Notes: generated from the letters alone by a model not told the origin. Shown: positions 8,854-19,555, numbered from the whole stretch's first letter. The stretch is 63,363 nucleotides of DNA, filler included, from Candidatus Woesearchaeota archaeon (GCA_003650545.1; 3 parts of 3 records of this genome joined end to end with filler, not necessarily neighbours in it), one strand, 5' to 3'. Numbers and translations are program-made.

Positions 8854-10680
8854 CTATTTTGTAAAAAACCTGTATATTTCGTTGGTGTTGAATTGAATGT
8901 GGTTTTTAGGTATTTTCAACATTTTTCTTATCCTTTCATTTTTTGCTCTCTTGTCTAGCACAATGAATATTGCTTTATCTCTTTCACTTCTTATTGCTCT
9001 TCCAAATGCTTGTCTTGTCTTTACTATTGCAGGTACTATGAATGTAAAGTAAAATGCTCTTTCATCTCCATATCTAACCCTTAGGTAATCAAAGATTTTT
9101 TGTGTATAGTCGTTAGGTTCTGGGTATGGTAGTCCTGCAATTACTACACAACCAATCTTTGATTTTTTATTAACAACAATTTCAATTCCCTCCGAGATTT
9201 TACCTCCAGCAACTGCATGTATTACAACGTTATTGTTTTCTATAGCCTGTTTTATAACATCGTCAATCCTCAACCTCTCGGTTTCAACAATGTCAAATGT
9301 TTCCTTAGGTATTTTCTCGTAGTGTTTAAGAATGTTCTTCATAAATTCATAGCTTGGGTATACAACCAATACAACATACTTTTCAGGTATTGAACGTCTA
9401 ATTTCAACTATTTTCTGTGCGTATCTCCTATACATTGACTCACTCCTTAGTTCGTACTTCGACGTTAGTTCATCATCTATTACATACAGTCTGTTTTTTC
9501 TTGGGAATATGTTTGGGACCTCAATATACTCTAAATCTCTTTTTATACCGTAGACGTACTTTAGGAATGACTTTGGCGGTAGTGTTCCTGACATCATGAT
9601 TACACTATATGCCTTGTTTATCCTCTTCATTATGTATGTATAGTCGATGCATTTTATTGCTATACCGTTTTCAGAAACGAATAGGTCCATGTACTCAGTT
9701 TCGAGGTTTAAGACATTGTCTATAAAGTTCATTATGTGTTTAATGTATGTTCTAGCATTTACACCAAATATCTTCCTCTTTATTTTGTAAATTGTAGAGT
9801 GTAGGTTGTTTAGTGCCATTAAAAACATGTCACTGAAAATATCTGGGAATTCAGTCATGAATTGTTGTAGTCCTACATACTTCAATGACTTACCTTCATG
9901 TTTTAATATGAAGTTTAGTAGGTTGTTAAGTGTTGTCTGTACTATTTGCTTTTCAACTTCAAGACCTTGCCTTACATACCTATCAATTTCATGTAATGTC
10001 ATTCTGATTAATTCCTTTGTTAGAGAAAGCTCTATGTTTGCTGCAATTGCCTCTATGTTGTGAGCCTCATCTAGTATCAATATTGAACTACCAATGTCTA
10101 TATCGTAAACGTCTCTAACGAGGTTGTATATTCTTGGATTGAAAATGTATGGGTATGTTAAGACAACAACCTTGCAATCGCTTAGACTTAAGAGGCTGTT
10201 GTAGTATGGACAAACACCTTTTTTAACACACCTCATTATGTAATCGCTAATACACTTAAATTCCTTGAACTTTATCTTCCTTATATTGCATTGGCCAGAA
10301 TTTCTCAATTCGTTACAGGTTGTATAAAAATCAAGATTTTCCTCAATTTCGTTTTGTTGTAAGTTTCTAGTATTTATGTGATAACACATTTCCATTTTAT
10401 TTATAACAAAAGTGTATTGTGGTAGTGAATTAACCTTGTATAGTCTATACAATTCTCGAATTGGTGGATTTACTTCTGATTTAGTTCTTACCAGGTAAAG
10501 AATTTTCAGGTAATCCTTATCTAAAGAATGTAGTAGTGCTGAATATAGTGCGACAATTGTTTTTCCAAATCCTGTAGGTGCTGATAATGCTACAACTTTG
10601 TTATCTTCAATTGCTTTTAGAATTTTAGCTATAGTTTGTTTTTGATATTTTCTAAACTCATAAGGGAATTGAAATTTCAC
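8854..10680 (-). CDS. XPD/Rad3/DinG-family Fe-S DNA helicase
   Basis: APTGFGKT, four Cys ending GVCPYY, ILDEAHN, MSGTL, SEGI, QAFGRAIR. Confidence 0.9.
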   Translation of the reverse strand: MKFQFPYEFRKYQKQTIAKILKAIEDNKVVALSAPTGFGKTIVALYSALLHSLDKDYLKILYLVRTKSEVNPPIRELYRLYKVNSLPQYTFVINKMEMCYHINTRNLQQNEIEENLDFYTTCNELRNSGQCNIRKIKFKEFKCISDYIMRCVKKGVCPYYNSLLSLSDCKVVVLTYPYIFNPRIYNLVRDVYDIDIGSSILILDEAHNIEAIAANIELSLTKELIRMTLHEIDRYVRQGLEVEKQIVQTTLNNLLNFILKHEGKSLKYVGLQQFMTEFPDIFSDMFLMALNNLHSTIYKIKRKIFGVNARTYIKHIMNFIDNVLNLETEYMDLFVSENGIAIKCIDYTYIMKRINKAYSVIMMSGTLPPKSFLKYVYGIKRDLEYIEVPNIFPRKNRLYVIDDELTSKYELRSESMYRRYAQKIVEIRRSIPEKYVVLVVYPSYEFMKNILKHYEKIPKETFDIVETERLRIDDVIKQAIENNNVVIHAVAGGKISEGIEIVVNKKSKIGCVVIAGLPYPEPNDYTQKIFDYLRVRYGDERAFYFTFIVPAIVKTRQAFGRAIRSERDKAIFIVLDKRAKNERIRKMLKIPKNHIQFNTNEIYRFFTK

Positions 10681-11048
10681 ATTATCTTCAACTTCCTATA
10701 GATTTCCTGTAATATTTCTTTTTTCGTACTTTCAGACATCATCATGAAGATTGTCTTAACTAGTTCACAAATGTCTTTATCAGACATTTCAGGAAAGTAA
10801 TTCATTAGTGTAAATGCAATTGCATATGCTACCTTCTTATCATCTGGCTGATCTACAATAATGTACTTTGCCTTCGATATTAGTTTTGGTATGTTATTTA
10901 GAACGTCCTCAATAAACTCATCACTTACCCTGTAGATATAGCCTGCATCTGAAACATACTTTTTAACAATACCCTTCTTAAACAGAAAGTAAAATGGATT
11001 AGTCGTACCTAAACTCATAATCTGGTCCTTTACTTTCCCTAACCTCAA
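10677..11048 (-). CDS. hypothetical protein
   Basis: ORF overlapping helicase start, operon-like. Confidence 0.5.
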   Translation of the reverse strand: MRLGKVKDQIMSLGTTNPFYFLFKKGIVKKYVSDAGYIYRVSDEFIEDVLNNIPKLISKAKYIIVDQPDDKKVAYAIAFTLMNYFPEMSDKDICELVKTIFMMMSESTKKEILQEIYRKLKIM

Positions 11049-11334
11049 AGTACTTCTCTATGTAGTTTACATATGGTAGGAGCAGCACTGTAATTATGTT
11101 GTTTGGAATGACAACTTCAAACTCAATTGCAATCCCCTTGTAAATCCTTATAGCCCTTAATTTGCAATATCTTTCCGCTTCAGCATATGTTACCTTCACT
11201 AACTTATCGATGATGTGGTGATAGAGACATTGCCAATACTCTTTCTTATCGTAAAGACATTCATGTATTAAGATTGGGTATGGTATGTCATAGAAGCTAT
11301 CGTATAGGTAGATTATCCTGTAGATGTCTATCAT
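10999..11334 (-). CDS. hypothetical protein
   Basis: ORF in minus-strand run. Confidence 0.45.
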   Translation of the reverse strand: MIDIYRIIYLYDSFYDIPYPILIHECLYDKKEYWQCLYHHIIDKLVKVTYAEAERYCKLRAIRIYKGIAIEFEVVIPNNIITVLLLPYVNYIEKYFEVRESKGPDYEFRYD

Positions 11335-11338
11335 AATT

Positions 11339-11764
11339 TCACAATTGTCTTTTTGCTATAAATGTGAATTTATTTGTATCGCTCATTTTAGATACCTCCT
11401 TCATTGTAAGTCTTACAACATATGTAAAGACCTTGATTATCGTTTTAATTAATATCATCTTCAACTCCTCATCGTTTGTACTATCCTTTATTCTAAACAT
11501 CTCCTCTATCATATCCTTTAACGAGTTTGCATCTGTGATCTTGTCGAAAACATCACGATACTTTCTCCTGTGTTGGGAGAGTATGTCAGAGACCTTCCTC
11601 TTAATGTACTTCCTCCTATACTGCGACCTTTCGATAAAGTCTATTGCTTCATCGAAGTGCTCCTTTATGTAGTGTAACGCTAATTTCGTTACTACATCTC
11701 TCTTAGACTTTGATGTTACGGTATATGAACAGAAACCGCATTTATACGCTAGTCCTGACATCAA
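11339..11764 (-). CDS. C2H2 zinc-finger protein
   Basis: YKCGFC...LALHYIKEH. Confidence 0.65.
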   Translation of the reverse strand: MMSGLAYKCGFCSYTVTSKSKRDVVTKLALHYIKEHFDEAIDFIERSQYRRKYIKRKVSDILSQHRRKYRDVFDKITDANSLKDMIEEMFRIKDSTNDEELKMILIKTIIKVFTYVVRLTMKEVSKMSDTNKFTFIAKRQL

Positions 11765-11811
11765 AGAAAATATTTATTTTCTAGTTTTAAACCTTAGATG
11801 TAGTGGTAATC

Positions 11812-11940
11812 ATGAGTAAACTCATTAAGTACCTACTAATTTCAGTTACACTATCGATGATTGGAGGTTTGTGTGGAGCATTTGCTGCAATCTACTTTAG
11901 CAAATTTGTTTCAGAACTTAGAAAAACGTTGAAAGAATGA
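11812..11940 (+). CDS. small single-TM protein (not in ORF track)
   Basis: MSKLIKYLLISVTLSMIGGLCGAFAAIYFSK...; ATGA overlap with next ORF. Confidence 0.5.
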   Translation: MSKLIKYLLISVTLSMIGGLCGAFAAIYFSKFVSELRKTLKE

Positions 11941-12185
11941 TAAAAATCTTTGATGTAGTTTTAACTTTAGAACCAAGGAAATTAAATGTGGGTAAGAAGA
12001 GGGTTAAAGTTTCTGAAAGGGTTAGGTATTGGCGAGTTTTAATTCCATTTGATTACGGTATTATAACTCAGGAGATTATAGTTAGATTTAATGTTGATAG
12101 AAATGAATTTTGTATTGACTACTCAATCTTAAATACATACGATGATAAAAAGGATTTTGTAATTAGGTTTGAGCTTCTTGTTTAG
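11937..12185 (+). CDS. hypothetical protein
   Basis: 82-aa ORF. Confidence 0.45.
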   Translation: MIKIFDVVLTLEPRKLNVGKKRVKVSERVRYWRVLIPFDYGIITQEIIVRFNVDRNEFCIDYSILNTYDDKKDFVIRFELLV

Positions 12186-12188
12186 TGT

Positions 12189-13238
12189 TTACCAAATTAC
12201 AAATATTGTGTAGTCCCTATCTTTTTCAAGTGTTGTATTTAGTTCAACGATTTTTTCAGTCTCAACTTCATTTTCCTTAAATTCAATGTCTATTGGTTGC
12301 CAATACACAAAGAATTGTTCTTCAAGTTTTGTTGAGTAGTCTGTGTGTATACCTTCAAATACCTTTGCATGTACCTGGTAGGTAACTGGTCTGTTGAGTT
12401 TAATTGATTGTTTTGCCTTTACCTTAATCTTAGGTTTTTCTAAGTGTGTTATCGTACCTTCAACAACCTGTTTTGTATCGATAACTAGATAGCTTTCTAA
12501 AGCAATTAACTTTGGTTTTACAACTGTAACATATACTGGGTTTGACTTTATGTTACCGTATTGAGCATATATTTCATACCTACCCTCTAGTAATAGCTTG
12601 CAATCTCTTAAGAATGCTTCTCCACAATCGCTACCACTTGGTATTTCAACTGTTACCTCCCAACCTCTAAATGTATATCCTGTTGGACTTACAACATAAA
12701 TGTCTACAGTATACCTTCTACCTTCAATTGTTGGACCAGTTAATTTTGCAATTACCTTTAGATCGAAAGTCTCAATGTACTCTGGTCTATCGATAACAAC
12801 AACTGTTTTTTCCTGTGCTGCATCTACTTTCAATTCAAGACTTTGTAGTATAGGTACTTCTGTTGGTAGTATCTCAAGTGTTAGTGTTTTTTCAGCCGTG
12901 CCGTAGTAATCAACATAGCAAACAACTCTTACCTCGTGTACTCCAGGACCAACAATGTCGTGTGGTTTTGAAATTGTTATATAAATTGGAGAGCCAGTAT
13001 ACCTACCAATTACTCTACACCAATTTGAAAAGTATCCAACATACTTTCTATTTACAACTAACTTATCATTAATGTATATTGAGATGTAGGCGTTTGCTCT
13101 AGATATACCTGCTTGTTCTGGGTATGGGTAGACCCAAATTTCAACTTCGACTCTAACATCTTCATTTTTATAGATCTTTATGTGTTCCCCCCTTCTTTCA
13201 GCACACTCAAGTACTGCAATTAACTTGTCAATCCTCAA
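12189..13238 (-). CDS. multi Ig-like domain protein
   Basis: internal EGRYEIYAQYGNIKSNPVYVTV (F+G strands); ends DRDYTIFVIW. Confidence 0.6.
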   Translation of the reverse strand: MRIDKLIAVLECAERRGEHIKIYKNEDVRVEVEIWVYPYPEQAGISRANAYISIYINDKLVVNRKYVGYFSNWCRVIGRYTGSPIYITISKPHDIVGPGVHEVRVVCYVDYYGTAEKTLTLEILPTEVPILQSLELKVDAAQEKTVVVIDRPEYIETFDLKVIAKLTGPTIEGRRYTVDIYVVSPTGYTFRGWEVTVEIPSGSDCGEAFLRDCKLLLEGRYEIYAQYGNIKSNPVYVTVVKPKLIALESYLVIDTKQVVEGTITHLEKPKIKVKAKQSIKLNRPVTYQVHAKVFEGIHTDYSTKLEEQFFVYWQPIDIEFKENEVETEKIVELNTTLEKDRDYTIFVIW

Positions 13239-13309
13239 GTTTACACCAAAGATATTACTAACTAAAAATCTTTATATTTTCTTTCTACAATTTTCATGTT
13301 GGTGTTGTT

Positions 13310-13639
13310 ATGGCTGAAGTATATGAGAGGCTTTTGAAAGAAGCACTTACCTGGGTAGGTATAGGGCTTGGGATTGGTATTCCAGTGTTTATTGCAGCAA
13401 TACTGATATTCCTAAAGTTTAAGGATAGGAGGAGGTTCTACAGTATACCACTCTTCCTATTTGGTGGTGGTTTAATGGCTATTGGATTTAGTGCTTTGAA
13501 AGATTACTTCGAGATAAAGGCTAGGATGGGTGGGTCCCAAACGCACTCTTCAAACCCACAGAAACTACCTAGTGAGATTGAAAAGAAGATTTCTGAATTG
13601 ATTAAGAGGCTTGAGGAGTTGAGAGCAAGGTTAAGATGA
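13310..13639 (+). CDS. two-TM membrane protein with C-terminal coiled coil
   Basis: two hydrophobic segments. Confidence 0.6.
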   Translation: MAEVYERLLKEALTWVGIGLGIGIPVFIAAILIFLKFKDRRRFYSIPLFLFGGGLMAIGFSALKDYFEIKARMGGSQTHSSNPQKLPSEIEKKISELIKRLEELRARLR

Positions 13640-14205
13640 TGGGGCTAGGTAGGTGTTTCGACAATTTTAGAATGGGGTATGCACTAGTTCACTATGCATT
13701 ACTAACAGCCTCAGCCCTATATCCAGAACCTGACTTTGAAGTAGCACTATATGGTTTTGGTCTGTACACAGACATTTTACTTCAATTAATTGATGAGGGT
13801 AAGTTACCGAGAGGCTTTACAAGGTATATTCATGATTTTGCTATGGCTTTAAAGGAAATGGACCTTATAAGATTGGCAACGATAATGAATAGACTTGTTC
13901 ATGATGTAGCAACAAGACCAGAAATACCAACGACATTGAGACATGCAGTACAAATTTCAAGGATGGTACATGAAATTGAGGCTTTGATAGATGTTGATGA
14001 GGTTGATGAGGCATTAAATAGATTGAACGACCTTATAAACTACATAAGTGAACACAAAAGTGAAATTCTAAAGTGTGTTCCAGAAGATGTGATCGATAGG
14101 ATATTAGGTAGGTTGAAAGAGGTTTTAGAGTTACTAGGTAAGACACCACTACCTAAAGACGAGATATTTGCTAGGTTTGTTGAAATACATCAGGAATTCC
14201 TTTAA
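13636..14205 (+). CDS. hypothetical helical protein
   Basis: 189-aa ORF coupled to upstream gene. Confidence 0.55.
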   Translation: MMGLGRCFDNFRMGYALVHYALLTASALYPEPDFEVALYGFGLYTDILLQLIDEGKLPRGFTRYIHDFAMALKEMDLIRLATIMNRLVHDVATRPEIPTTLRHAVQISRMVHEIEALIDVDEVDEALNRLNDLINYISEHKSEILKCVPEDVIDRILGRLKEVLELLGKTPLPKDEIFARFVEIHQEFL

Positions 14206-14529
14206 ATTAAACAATTATTTTTTATTGTCCCTCCCAATCCATTACCTGTGGGATATTGAAGCACAACATAATTTTTACATACAAGTTCAAGCACATGCTC
14301 TATTGTACAGAATTTCCAGATTTTGGTTTTCAATTCTTTCTATTGGTAACATTAAAGGCTAGTGATAGGCTTGATTGTGCTCAAGCTGAAGAGCTTGAAA
14401 AACATGTTGAAGAGTGTTGGGAAGTACATAAAATACTATGCAAAACCGCTAGGAAAAAGGAAAGACAGTTCTACAAGCTCCTATGTAAGAATGAGGTAGA
14501 TGAGGATTACTTGGTGGACCCGCAAATGA

Positions 14530-15321
14530 TCAATAGTTTTTAAGTAGGATGTATGTTAAACCTTCTTTTTTATGACTTGTATTTAACGTGAACTTTACAT
14601 CAATTCTCTTAAAACCACGTTTTTCTAGTTCGAGCAATGGTTTATCTTGTAAACTTGCTTTAACCAAGATTTTTGCTCTTGGATTTTCTAAATACCTGGC
14701 TAGTTTATGTAGGTTCACATTTTCTACCCTATAGTAGTGCTTACCTGTATGTGGTGGATCAATGTAAATTAAGACATCATCATTGTTAATGTACTTTTCG
14801 AGAATTTCCTTGTAATCACAATTATAGATTTCAACATTTTGAAGTAACTGATGGTATTTAAAGAGGTATTTATATATTGATTTGTACCTATCAGGAAAAT
14901 CAACCCATCTTAGCATTGGCCCAGATCTCCAGCAATGACATGCATGGTAGTAAACTATCGTCCAAATACCTTTCTTAACAATATCTTTTACAATTCCTTT
15001 ATCTAGTGCATACCTTATTTTTTGAAGCATCTTCTTTACTTTAATCCTCTCATCCTTTTCAATAAACCTTGAAATGCTATTGAGGATTTTTTGAATGGTC
15101 CAAATTTGTTCTGGGTAGTATTTTACAACATAGAATGCTGCATAAATTAAATCATCAAGGTCATTCCAAATTATTTTATTTGCCAACCTATTTTCTGCAA
15201 CATACAATGTTGCTGTACCTGCACCACCGAAAAGCTCAATAAAGATGTTTGATTTAACCAGGTAGTTTTTCAAAACCTTGATGAACTGACCATCACCACC
15301 AATGTATGGGAATAAACCCAT
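14530..15321 (-). CDS. Dam-like (D12 class) DNA adenine methyltransferase
   Basis: FPYIGG, ELFGGAG, WNDLD, YIDPPH. Confidence 0.8.
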   Translation of the reverse strand: MGLFPYIGGDGQFIKVLKNYLVKSNIFIELFGGAGTATLYVAENRLANKIIWNDLDDLIYAAFYVVKYYPEQIWTIQKILNSISRFIEKDERIKVKKMLQKIRYALDKGIVKDIVKKGIWTIVYYHACHCWRSGPMLRWVDFPDRYKSIYKYLFKYHQLLQNVEIYNCDYKEILEKYINNDDVLIYIDPPHTGKHYYRVENVNLHKLARYLENPRAKILVKASLQDKPLLELEKRGFKRIDVKFTLNTSHKKEGLTYILLKNY

Positions 15322-15397
15322 TTTTTCACTATACCACTTTATCTTGAATTTATAAACTTAATAGTTAAGTAAAGATTTTCAATGGTAAATTTATGAA

Positions 15398-16162
15398 TTA
15401 ACCAGTAGATACTTCTTCCTTCATATAACCACAATAGTGGCACCTCCAAATCTTTTTCAACGGCGTAGAATATGGCTCTAGTTCCATAGTGTGAAAGCAT
15501 CGGGGACATTCATTTTCTTTTAATTTGATAACCCCATGTTTAACAAGAATTTTTCTTATCATGTATAGTGAAAGTCCTGTTATCTCTGAAATCCTCCTAA
15601 GTGGTAGTCCCATCATGTATAGTTTAACCACAGTTTCTTTTACATTATCTGCAATGTCTGTATAGAGTTTGAACCCTCGTTTCCTCATACTATCCTTTAT
15701 CTTCTCTCTAACATCTTCTCTTCGCATTACAGTCCTCGTTCTCTCCCTAATCAATTGTAACTCCATTGATGATACAAAGGAAAGTACTGATAACAGGAAA
15801 TGATACATGATTGGGTTTTGTGTCGCAAGATCGAATAAGTATGCTTCTCTAATTGAGTACACCATTATGTTCTTTTCGAAAAGTAGCCTTAGTGTATTAA
15901 AGACTTCATTTACAGACAATCTAATCAATCTATCTAAAGCATAGACGACTACTATACCACCCACATCTTTAAGCTGATTGTATAATTTTGAAAATGATGG
16001 TCTTTCTAGAAGTGGTGTATCGCCCGAAACATCTTTATCAACAAAAATTTCCTTTAACTCCCATCCCTTGTTATTGCAAAAATCTTTTATAATATTGATT
16101 TGCTCCTCAATACTGAGAGTTTGCTCTCCTGTTGATACTCTAACATAACCGACAATTTGCAT
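15398..16162 (-). CDS. serine recombinase (resolvase) with HTH and C-terminal Zn ribbon
   Basis: GYVRVST, DVSG, LDRL, IRERT; CPRC..CHYC. Confidence 0.85.
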   Translation of the reverse strand: MQIVGYVRVSTGEQTLSIEEQINIIKDFCNNKGWELKEIFVDKDVSGDTPLLERPSFSKLYNQLKDVGGIVVVYALDRLIRLSVNEVFNTLRLLFEKNIMVYSIREAYLFDLATQNPIMYHFLLSVLSFVSSMELQLIRERTRTVMRREDVREKIKDSMRKRGFKLYTDIADNVKETVVKLYMMGLPLRRISEITGLSLYMIRKILVKHGVIKLKENECPRCFHTMELEPYSTPLKKIWRCHYCGYMKEEVSTG

Positions 16163-16383
16163 GTTATTGTTTGAGTATCAACAAAACTTAAACATTTTGA
16201 TGACCCCCCGCATCAAACACGGTTGTACATACATGTTGGGTGAAAGTGTTAGTCCCAAGACAAAATGTGTATGCTTGAGTTAAAATAAATAGTTAAAATT
16301 TTACTTTCACTCACCCCCACGCAAAATAACTATCTTAAATTAAAAAATTAAGATAAATATTGTATATACGCTATAACTACTGT

Positions 16384-17214
16384 ATGGTTTTGCTAAGACA
16401 TAACTACTACAGCGACCTAAAGTTTAAGCTATTTATCCAGGAACTGGGTAGTCACATTCTATATGATACCAATGGATTATGTTTAAAGGCAATTAAGATG
16501 TTTGCTAGAGAGGTTTTTATTGACAATGGTGTTTTTCACCTAATCAAAACTAGAAAGTGCCTGGATGTTAAAGAGCTTGTAAAGTATGGTCATAAAAACC
16601 TAAAGAGAGCAATAAGCTACCTACCATCGAAAGATTATGAAAACATCTACATTGTAATTCCTGACTATCCATATTCTGCTGAAGTAAATAAGAAGGCGTA
16701 TGATGTTTTTATGAAAGAATACGGTCTTTACTATAGGGGGATTGGTTGTAAGTTTGTATATGTCTTACATGGATATTGGAGTGCTGTAATAGATGGTGTT
16801 AATGCAGATTTAATAGCAATACCATTCAATACAATAACGACAATACCTGTTAGGGAATTGGAATTTAAGAAGTGTTGGAAGTTAGATGCACTAACGTTGA
16901 AGTATGTTGTTACTAAGACGGTTGAGTATGCAAAGGATTTTGGTTATAATCAATTTCACCTACTGGGTACTACAGCAAAGACATTGCAAAAACTTTTTGG
17001 GCCAGTAAAATCAAAGATTGAGCTTATTGATGGAACTACGATTTCGGATGATTTCTTTAAGTACATTGTTAGTTTTGATACATCATCATATCATTACAAT
17101 CAGGATAGTAAAAGTAGTGGTTACTATTTAATTCAAAGACACGATTTTAATACAGTTAAGGAATTTTTTATGAAGTGGATCAAAAACCAACCATTTACAA
17201 TAATTGAATGGTAA
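16384..17214 (+). CDS. tRNA-guanine transglycosylase-like (DpdA-like) protein
   Basis: FIDNGVF, PDYP, YVLHG, HLLGT, SFDTSSY follow TGT motif order; start chosen by match to paralog MVILQH. Confidence 0.65.
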   Translation: MVLLRHNYYSDLKFKLFIQELGSHILYDTNGLCLKAIKMFAREVFIDNGVFHLIKTRKCLDVKELVKYGHKNLKRAISYLPSKDYENIYIVIPDYPYSAEVNKKAYDVFMKEYGLYYRGIGCKFVYVLHGYWSAVIDGVNADLIAIPFNTITTIPVRELEFKKCWKLDALTLKYVVTKTVEYAKDFGYNQFHLLGTTAKTLQKLFGPVKSKIELIDGTTISDDFFKYIVSFDTSSYHYNQDSKSSGYYLIQRHDFNTVKEFFMKWIKNQPFTIIEW

Positions 17215-18071
17215 TTCTTATGGCTAGGACCATTTACGATTTAATTAATAAGGACCATATTGTTGTAGTTAATTTTTCAGGTGGTAAGGATAGCACCTGT
17301 ACTTTATTGAAAGTTCTTGAAATGAAAATTCCTATTCATAAAATTGTTTATATGAAAGTTGTAGGTAATACATATCCAAAGATAGAAGATTATCTAAAAG
17401 GTATTTTGAAAATCATTGATAAGTACTATCCAGGAACACTAAAGCTCTTCGAGATTATTGAATGTAAAACAAAATGTAGAATGCATAATTGTTTTGAAGA
17501 TTTTTGGGAGTATGCACTAAGATATGCAGGCTTTCCTGTTCCACACGTTGGTCTTTGGTGTTTAACACATTTTAAGCTAGAGGGATATCATAGATGGATT
17601 AAGGAAAAGCTAAAGGTTGAATATCACAAGGTAATAAGTGTTGTTGGGATAAAGAAGGGTGATAGTCATTGGAGAAAAAGATGGTTATCTGAACATGGTG
17701 AGTTAGTACCTCCAAACACAACAGATGTTAGAATAACAAAGACTTGGAAGTGGTTTCCAATTATGAGTATGACTAATGAAGAGCTTTGGTCCTACCTTAA
17801 AGAAAATTACCCAGAAGTATATGATTACTTATGGAGTGAAAATTATGGAAAGAGAATTTCTTTAAGTCAATGCTTACTTTGTCCATACAGAAGTAAGGGT
17901 GAGGTTCAGGCACTAGCCAGGTTAGGATTTAGAGGTTGGATGCTTGAAAAGATAGATATGCTGCTTCAAAATGAGAAGGGGTATAGACTTTCAAAACAAA
18001 TCCTACTTAGAATAAAAAGATGGATTTTAGAGACAAGTCATGAAATAACAAAGTGGATTGAATTTACCTAA
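17208..18071 (+). CDS. PAPS reductase-family PP-loop ATPase
   Basis: NFSGGKDS, WCLTHFK, VGIKKGDS, CLLCPY. Confidence 0.8.
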   Translation: MVILMARTIYDLINKDHIVVVNFSGGKDSTCTLLKVLEMKIPIHKIVYMKVVGNTYPKIEDYLKGILKIIDKYYPGTLKLFEIIECKTKCRMHNCFEDFWEYALRYAGFPVPHVGLWCLTHFKLEGYHRWIKEKLKVEYHKVISVVGIKKGDSHWRKRWLSEHGELVPPNTTDVRITKTWKWFPIMSMTNEELWSYLKENYPEVYDYLWSENYGKRISLSQCLLCPYRSKGEVQALARLGFRGWMLEKIDMLLQNEKGYRLSKQILLRIKRWILETSHEITKWIEFT

Positions 18072-18336
18072 AAATTTCTTCTGGATTAAATACTACAAAA
18101 TCTTTATTACCACAGTTGAAACAAAGAAAGTGAATGTGCATGTAGTTTTTCGATGTTAATGCTGATTGCCAAACCATTTGCATATCACATTTCTTACATT
18201 TTGCAATAACTGTAAACTCTTTGTTGTTACACTTAGGACAGGTAAGGCGAATAAACGTAAGGTTTTCTTTCTGTTTAACCAATTCTACATACATTGCTTC
18301 TCCACACCTATCACACTTTACCTCAAGAGGTTTCAT
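18064..18336 (-). CDS. double Zn-ribbon protein
   Basis: four CxxC pairs. Confidence 0.6.
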   Translation of the reverse strand: MKPLEVKCDRCGEAMYVELVKQKENLTFIRLTCPKCNNKEFTVIAKCKKCDMQMVWQSALTSKNYMHIHFLCFNCGNKDFVVFNPEEIFR

Positions 18337-18468
18337 CTTAATCCCAGGGCTATACTACAAAATATGGTGTAACAACCTAATAGCTCTTAACTTTGATTGA
18401 CTGTAAAAGGATTTTTATGAGTAATCTCATTTTAAACTATAGGTTTTTATAGGATGATGTAGAAGATA

Positions 18469-18774
18469 GTGATAATGTCTCTACAAAAGTTTAAAAGATT
18501 GTTTGGATTTAATGAAAAGAAGAAGCGAATTAAAGAGTTAGAGAGAGAGATTAAGGGGTTGTTTTCTAAACTTCAGGATGAAAGTATATCAGATGATGAA
18601 CTTCTATACTTACTCAAGATGTGTGATGAATATCTAAAATTGGTTGATGAAATGTTTGGTGGTAGGGTGGATTATGTATGGAAGTACATTCTAGTTTCAT
18701 TGATTAAGTTATCAGCTTACCTCGAAAAATCAAAAAGAGAGTTTAGAAGAAAAGTATTGGGTATATCTACATAA
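18469..18774 (+). CDS. hypothetical protein
   Basis: 101-aa ORF. Confidence 0.5.
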   Translation: MIMSLQKFKRLFGFNEKKKRIKELEREIKGLFSKLQDESISDDELLYLLKMCDEYLKLVDEMFGGRVDYVWKYILVSLIKLSAYLEKSKREFRRKVLGIST

Positions 18775-19555
18775 GCTTGAATGGTAGACCCTTAATCCAC
18801 TCATTAAACCATTTTTCAAAAATTTCAGGATGTGTCCCTATCATGTACTTTCCATTTTGTTCTTTCTTTATCTCTAAATTGGGTGCTAAGTGCCATGCTG
18901 TTGTATCAATTGAATGAATGTTCTTGTAAAGACCATACTCATAACATGATATTTCTCCAAATATTGCCTGTAAGGTCCTTTTTGTAGTACCTAAGAGATG
19001 TATTTTACAGCCAGGTACTGTACTTACAATATGCTCTACCGTCTTGTTTAAGATGTGTTTTATTGTTGGTCTACCCAATCTACATACACTTTTTCCAGAA
19101 AGTCCTGGTTCATCAATTGTCGATAATTTATTGAATGGAATTGCTACAATTTGAACATCCTCTGGTATTTTAGAGCTGTAATAACCGTGAGCTACATAAC
19201 AAACTACATGGTTCTTAAAAATAAATGGGTATTCCTTTTTAAATTGTTGATAGAACTGATAATTTACATTAACATCAAATGGATAGTCTGGTGCTATGAT
19301 GTAGATGTTACTGTCTTTCCTAACCTTTTGAAGTCTTTGAAGTATCTTCTTAACAGCTAATTTGTATACTCTCTTTGGATCTCCAATACCGTACTTTCTA
19401 AGTATTGCATATACATCGTTGTCTATTAAGAATGATGTTGATTTTTTATAAAATTCTTCAGGATTTTCAAACCTTGAAACTAACAGGTGAGGTGGTAGTG
19501 TTGTAAATAGAATAACTTTAAGATCTTTGTATCGAATGTGTTGTAGAATTACCAT
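18767..19555 (-). CDS. second TGT/DpdA-like protein
   Basis: LIDNDVY, APDYP, YVAHG, AIPFN, HLLGTT, SIDTTAW; paralog of 16384-17214. Confidence 0.65.
   Translation of the reverse strand: MVILQHIRYKDLKVILFTTLPPHLLVSRFENPEEFYKKSTSFLIDNDVYAILRKYGIGDPKRVYKLAVKKILQRLQKVRKDSNIYIIAPDYPFDVNVNYQFYQQFKKEYPFIFKNHVVCYVAHGYYSSKIPEDVQIVAIPFNKLSTIDEPGLSGKSVCRLGRPTIKHILNKTVEHIVSTVPGCKIHLLGTTKRTLQAIFGEISCYEYGLYKNIHSIDTTAWHLAPNLEIKKEQNGKYMIGTHPEIFEKWFNEWIKGLPFKLM

Noticed and set aside
15398..16162. IS607 transposon
   Set aside because: No N-terminal MerR-type HTH and no adjacent tnpB
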